Of a DNA stretch of 64,000 bases, positions 59,356-64,000 are shown one piece after another. Origin of the DNA: a virus (lineage: Duplodnaviria; Caudoviricetes); the IMG/VR virus record IMGVR_UViG_3300045594_000116, positions 1-64,000 of that record; one strand, given 5' to 3'. The translations under genes were made by a program, and so were the position numbers. A model generated the notes under the pieces. That model saw only the letters and a program-made list of their open reading frames with translations, had not been told where the DNA came from and did no database searches. Numbering within the stretch: the first letter of the stretch is position 1; each line of letters begins with the position of its first letter.

Positions 59356-59700
59356 ATGTCAGATAATAAGATATATGAACCAAATAAAGAATATCCATTA
59401 GATTTAACTGTATCTTGGGATGAATTAAGAGAATTATATTTTAAGGATGAATACCAGATAGATACAATTAGAGATGCTATGCTTCAGCATCTCTATAAAC
59501 CTATCATGTATCGTAATAGAAAGATCGGAGAGATCAAAAGCGTATCAGAGGAAGATGGACAATTCGCATTGAAGTCTATTATAGATATCCCATCATATGT
59601 ATTCATGAATATGAGTGGCAAGATCAACTTCAGACTTGTTAGGGATATCGATACAGATAAATTATCTATTACAGCTTATAGCAAAAAGGAGACATGGTAA
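59356..59700 (+). CDS. Hypothetical protein (114 aa), paralog of next gene
   Basis: YPLDL..ELY..IPS..INFRLVRD; AAGGA RBS. Confidence 0.75.
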   Translation: MSDNKIYEPNKEYPLDLTVSWDELRELYFKDEYQIDTIRDAMLQHLYKPIMYRNRKIGEIKSVSEEDGQFALKSIIDIPSYVFMNMSGKINFRLVRDIDTDKLSITAYSKKETW

Positions 59701-60050
59701 TGGAAGAAGAAAGAATCCCATCAGGCGTAGAGAATTATCCTATAGAGATTAAGTTGTATTACAAAAAGCTATATGGAATGGAAGACTTGAATCTAAAGGA
59801 CAAAGTAGACGTAATAGATAGCGTATACAATATGGACAAGATTATCAGATTTGAAGATGGTACTCAATTCGCAAAAGTAGAGAAGACATTCAAAGATGAT
59901 AACTATATCCTGGTGAAGACTAGATTCTATATACCATCCGGTTTCTATGGAGCAATAGACTACAAACTAGTTAGAGAGGAAGATGGACGATTAGCTATAC
60001 GTCTATCCAAAACCAAAGATCATAAAGAAGGGTTTCTATTTGCCTATTAA
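59694..60050 (+). CDS. Hypothetical protein (118 aa), paralog of previous gene
   Basis: YPIEI..KLY..IPS..IDYKLVRE; AAGGAG RBS. Confidence 0.75.
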   Translation: MVMEEERIPSGVENYPIEIKLYYKKLYGMEDLNLKDKVDVIDSVYNMDKIIRFEDGTQFAKVEKTFKDDNYILVKTRFYIPSGFYGAIDYKLVREEDGRLAIRLSKTKDHKEGFLFAY

Positions 60051-60111
60051 AAGCTAATGGCATTAGAACCTATTACTAATTTCTAACTGTATATAAAAAG
60101 GAGATAAGATA

Positions 60112-60687
60112 ATGATTACACTTACAAAAGAAAATGAACAGAATGACGTACTGAAACCTATGGAGAAATTCCTGAATATCATTCTGGAAGATCCAGCGAT
60201 GGAAACGAGCAAGTTCGCAAAGCGCGAATTCAATATGACTCTGTATATCAAGTCGATTGCTCCAGGTAAACCTGGTCAGCCATTGATTATTCTGAAGCCG
60301 ACGATTGTTACTGGTGAGAAAGAACAGATTGGAGTTCCGTTCAATCCTAACTTCATTCACAGTGTAATGCAGATCATCAGCATCTTCTATGCTGATGCAG
60401 AGAATTCTAAGACCATCAAGAAAGTATATCTTGATGATACGTACAGATTGCTTAAGAAGCATGTAAGTGATCTGACTAATATCATTGCTCAGAACGTACC
60501 AGCTGATGAGATCACCAAGGCTCTTGGCGTGACTTACGTGATGAACACTCTGTCAACTGGTAAAGTTGTAGATGAGGTTGTAAACTTCATTCTCAATACC
60601 AAAGAAGAAGAGCCAAAAGAAAAGTCCAAGATTATCCTTCCGGGTCCTAAAGTAGGACTGAGCTTCAGCGACGTTCATAAAGGATAA
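60112..60687 (+). CDS. Hypothetical protein (191 aa)
   Basis: AAGGAG RBS. Confidence 0.8.
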   Translation: MITLTKENEQNDVLKPMEKFLNIILEDPAMETSKFAKREFNMTLYIKSIAPGKPGQPLIILKPTIVTGEKEQIGVPFNPNFIHSVMQIISIFYADAENSKTIKKVYLDDTYRLLKKHVSDLTNIIAQNVPADEITKALGVTYVMNTLSTGKVVDEVVNFILNTKEEEPKEKSKIILPGPKVGLSFSDVHKG

Positions 60688-60768
60688 CATTTGTTAAAGT
60701 CATAAATTTCAAGTATATATAATATCAGTGAAAGAGAATAAAGTATATTTGAAAGGATATGATTTTAA

Positions 60769-60963
60769 ATGTTAAAAGGTAAAAAGTTCAGAAGCGGATC
60801 TATCGGAGAGAAATTGATGATAGGTATCTATGTTCCTTGGTATTTTATCCATGACGTAGCCTTCGAAGAAGTTCTTGAAGGATCGTGGGCAAACGTAGCA
60901 AAAATGGTAGGGGCTATGGTTGGCTTCTATCTGATCATGGTTGGCCTTGCAGTGATAGCTTAA
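60769..60963 (+). CDS. Small membrane protein (64 aa)
   Basis: Hydrophobic C-terminus; early-like promoter at 60716-60724; hairpin terminator after. Confidence 0.65.
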   Translation: MLKGKKFRSGSIGEKLMIGIYVPWYFIHDVAFEEVLEGSWANVAKMVGAMVGFYLIMVGLAVIA

Positions 60964-61029
60964 AGAATATCCCACTACCTTGCTGGTAGTGGGATAAATT
61001 TTGTAAAATTGAAAAGGAGATTGATTAAG

Positions 61030-61473
61030 ATGAAAAAAGACATTGAAAATGGATTTAAAATTGCTATACCTACAGATGATAAAGAGGAGGAAATCTTAGT
61101 AGATTACAAATATACTTCTATTGACGATAGTGGCAATGTCATTGCCAACCCGGTAATGCTGCTTGCGATCCTGCAACGCATGGATGAAAAAAAGATAATT
61201 GAGGTAGAGTTGAATTTATATTACAAAGAGCTTCAAGTCGGGTATGCCGATGACTATGAAAGTATGACCCATGCTTGGATTCCAAGCAATAGAGAGATTA
61301 TACAATCATACTACGCCTTGAAAGGTTTGAAAAGAGCTTTAAAAGAAGTTGTAATCCCTAAAAATATAAACCTCACTGTACGAACTAACGAAGATGGTAT
61401 GATATTCAATACCCAAGGAAAGAGTGAGTGCGATACATTGAACATATGCAGATTGATTGGAGATTTTTGCTGA
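61030..61473 (+). CDS. Hypothetical protein (147 aa)
   Basis: Start MKKDI after AAGGAG. Confidence 0.75.
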   Translation: MKKDIENGFKIAIPTDDKEEEILVDYKYTSIDDSGNVIANPVMLLAILQRMDEKKIIEVELNLYYKELQVGYADDYESMTHAWIPSNREIIQSYYALKGLKRALKEVVIPKNINLTVRTNEDGMIFNTQGKSECDTLNICRLIGDFC

Positions 61474-61542
61474 CATATACCCGCTACAATAGTAGCGGGT
61501 TTATTTTTTGACGGTACATTTTTTCAGTGATATATTATAATA

Positions 61543-62040
61543 ATGAAAGAAAAGGAGGTAAGTTTAATGAGTAAGTTTATAAATGCTATTGGTATGGATA
61601 TTGATACCGCAACTGCAAGTAAGATTAGTAGATCATTCTTTGGTTGTTTCAAGATGTTTGTAGTGAAAGAATCGAAGGTTGAATCTACTAATATCATGGT
61701 GTATGAAATCTCGTCGTATAATCATGATATCATCTTTAAGAAGAATAAAATCTCCGTACAGGTAGATTATACTTCTAAAGAATCATTCTGCAGATCATTA
61801 GAGAAAATTGCTGAGTTCTTATTCTCTATCTCAGAATGGAGATCTGAAATAGAAATGTTCGATGAATTATCTACTATATTGAAATGGCTCACTAGTATCT
61901 TTGAAATCAATTCCAAGAGACAACCTGTATTTCTGAAGGAAGCAAAATTCAGATTGGAAATGAAATTTATGGATCTTATGAAACCTTCAATTTCTAAAGA
62001 AATGATCAAATTATCGTGCAAAAAGCGTAAGGCAGTGTAA
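61543..62040 (+). CDS. Hypothetical protein (start probably MSKF at 61567)
   Basis: AAGGAGG RBS; early-like promoter at 61531-61539. Confidence 0.75.
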   Translation: MKEKEVSLMSKFINAIGMDIDTATASKISRSFFGCFKMFVVKESKVESTNIMVYEISSYNHDIIFKKNKISVQVDYTSKESFCRSLEKIAEFLFSISEWRSEIEMFDELSTILKWLTSIFEINSKRQPVFLKEAKFRLEMKFMDLMKPSISKEMIKLSCKKRKAV

Positions 62041-62157
62041 GTATACCCATAACGCTTCTAAACGCACAAACTAATAAAAAGACCTATCTTAATTATATCC
62101 TAATCAATACGATTAGGATAGGTCTTTTGTCTAACTAAACAAAAAGGAGATTAAAAA

Positions 62158-62739
62158 ATGTTTGAAAAAATTATTAGAGCTATGCTTAGAGATCCATTAG
62201 GGAGATTGATACTTAGCAGTAAGTCTGTACAGAAAGCTATAATTTGGGGTGTAAAATTCTATACAGATTTCATTGTAGAATTCCGTCTTCAAAGATCTAA
62301 ATGGTTAGGATCTGCAAGAGCATATGTTGCTGTAGATGTTTCATATGACAACTGCGACATAGCAGGTAAAAAAGTTCTCATTAGCAATACTGAGTTGCGT
62401 AGTAACAGATACTTGACTTGGGCAGATGCTAATGAGATAAATGATTCTAATAAGTTTCGCAACGTAAAATTTAGCCCGTTGCTTAATGAAGAGAAAGATA
62501 TAGCTACAACAGTAGTATTCTCAAAGGGTTATCCAAATGAATCCAAACTTATCAATGATAACCTAATATTAACCCCTATAGATCCAGAGAAGAAATTCAA
62601 TATCGATGTATTCGATGGCAATGACCCAGACTATGGGGATAGAATGGTTGATGCCATACTAGACTTGAAAGAACGTCTTGATGGACATTTCGGAGATGAT
62701 CTCCGTAAAGCTTTGGCAGTGTTAAAGCAGGTATCCTAA
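62158..62739 (+). CDS. Hypothetical protein (193 aa)
   Basis: AAGGAG RBS. Confidence 0.8.
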   Translation: MFEKIIRAMLRDPLGRLILSSKSVQKAIIWGVKFYTDFIVEFRLQRSKWLGSARAYVAVDVSYDNCDIAGKKVLISNTELRSNRYLTWADANEINDSNKFRNVKFSPLLNEEKDIATTVVFSKGYPNESKLINDNLILTPIDPEKKFNIDVFDGNDPDYGDRMVDAILDLKERLDGHFGDDLRKALAVLKQVS

Positions 62740-62755
62740 GAAAGGGAGTTAGAAT

Positions 62756-63070
62756 ATGATAGATCTTAATAAACCTACGATTTACAAAAACATCCATGAA
62801 GGAATGATAGAGTTCCTTACAAAACTGCAAGGAGTAAATGACAAATTGATCTTTGTCGATCAGAGTCTGTATCCAGATCTGAACATTCTTGTTCAGTTCG
62901 AAGAGCCTCCTAAGAAGGTTTGTGATACGATAGTAATCAAGAACGCTGTTATCGAAATGGATAATGGTGTAGAGAACCTTGTAGACGTTATAAAGAAAAT
63001 GTTTACGGAGAAGTTTAAGGTAGAGAATCTTGATGAGAAACTCAAGTTCAATTACTTCTTTGAATCATAA
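62756..63070 (+). CDS. Hypothetical protein (104 aa)
   Basis: AAGGGAG RBS. Confidence 0.75.
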   Translation: MIDLNKPTIYKNIHEGMIEFLTKLQGVNDKLIFVDQSLYPDLNILVQFEEPPKKVCDTIVIKNAVIEMDNGVENLVDVIKKMFTEKFKVENLDEKLKFNYFFES

Positions 63071-63122
63071 GACACAAAATATCCCTCTGCCCATTACGAG
63101 CAGAGGGGTATTTTTTTTTTGA

Positions 63123-63518
63123 TTACTGAGCGATTTCGCCCTCAGCAGCCTGAGAAGCTTCGGCTACCGGAGTAGCCGTCGTCTCTTCCGTTGCAGCAGC
63201 TTCCGCAACAGCCGGAGCAGCAGCCTCTACGGCAGCGGCCTCAGCCGGGGATGCTTCGAGCATCTTACCAAGAACCTTATCCAGAGCGTACATAGCGATC
63301 TGAACAAGACCCGGAAGGAAATACTTATCGCGGAAAGAGCACCAGCCCTTTTCATCAACAGCCTGTTTCTTTACTTCATCAACGAACGTGTCGACAACAG
63401 CTTTAAGATCCGTATCAACAAGATCCTTCAGGAACTTGACGACTTCGTTCTTAGCTTTCTCATCGAGAGCTGAAGTGATAGCATCAACAGCAGCCTTTTT
63501 GATTTCTTCAAAAGTCAT
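63123..63518 (-). CDS. Late protein with Ala/Glu-rich C-terminal tail
   Basis: Start MTFEE after AAGGAGGTG; AACA-N6-TA at 63537-63548. Confidence 0.8.
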   Translation of the reverse strand: MTFEEIKKAAVDAITSALDEKAKNEVVKFLKDLVDTDLKAVVDTFVDEVKKQAVDEKGWCSFRDKYFLPGLVQIAMYALDKVLGKMLEASPAEAAAVEAAAPAVAEAAATEETTATPVAEASQAAEGEIAQ

Positions 63519-63666
63519 GTTAAACACCTCCTTCAATAATATAATGTTAAGCCTCTAGATTTCAGTTATATATAATATAAGTGAATAAAGAATACGTAGC
63601 ACAGAAAAACCCCTCTACCATAGCAGTGGTAGAGGGATATCTGCTGTCACGATTCTAGAAAGAGAG

Positions 63667-63849
63667 GTGACAATTGTGAAAGTTAGTGAAGTTAAGAACT
63701 TCGACGACGCCATCGTACTCGCCCTTAAAGAGTCTGGCATTCGTACTGATACTACATTCAACTCAGATGCTGAATGTATATCAAGCATGAATAAGGTCGT
63801 TGGCCGTGCCCATAAAATATGGGTAATGGCAGCTCCACTTATACATTGA
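63667..63849 (+). CDS. Hypothetical protein (~60 aa)
   Basis: GAGAGGTG near the start; start codon uncertain. Confidence 0.5.
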   Translation: MTIVKVSEVKNFDDAIVLALKESGIRTDTTFNSDAECISSMNKVVGRAHKIWVMAAPLIH

Positions 63850-64000
63850 TTAGCATACGCTAATACAATGGAAAAAGAAAGTATCCGAAGTAACGCTTTC
63901 TTTTTTATCATTTTGTTCATCTGTAATTATTTACTTACATCTGATCAAGATTCTTCCACTTAATCCCAAGCATTTCTTTACACTTACGATCAAGTTCAAC

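Overview
64 kb of an AT-rich jumbo phage genome of the phiKZ/AR9 (PBS1)-like type; the strong AGGAGG Shine-Dalgarno sites point to a Firmicute host. Hallmarks are two split multisubunit RNA polymerase beta' polypeptides (one interrupted by two ORF-less group I introns, one of which splits the catalytic AD/FDGD motif), many tail/baseplate-type proteins, ThyX, a dTMP kinase, RNase H, a kinase-fold protein and HNH proteins. Two recurrent phage promoter motifs are readable directly: TATATWATA-N4-TG (early-like) and NACA-N6-TA (late-like). The standout is a locus at about 4.0-13.6 kb with four radical SAM/SPASM enzymes around a 322-aa virion-like protein ending in a SCIFF/ranthipeptide-like 8-Cys tail, embedded among tail-fibre genes. 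It suggests a RiPP-style modification system acting on a structural protein. Also notable are a promoter- and terminator-bounded structured non-coding RNA cluster (55.8-56.5 kb) and four structured ~200-240 bp tandem repeats beside an AT-rich tract at a divergent strand switch (58.0-59.3 kb; candidate origin). All calls come from reading motifs by eye; no database search was run.
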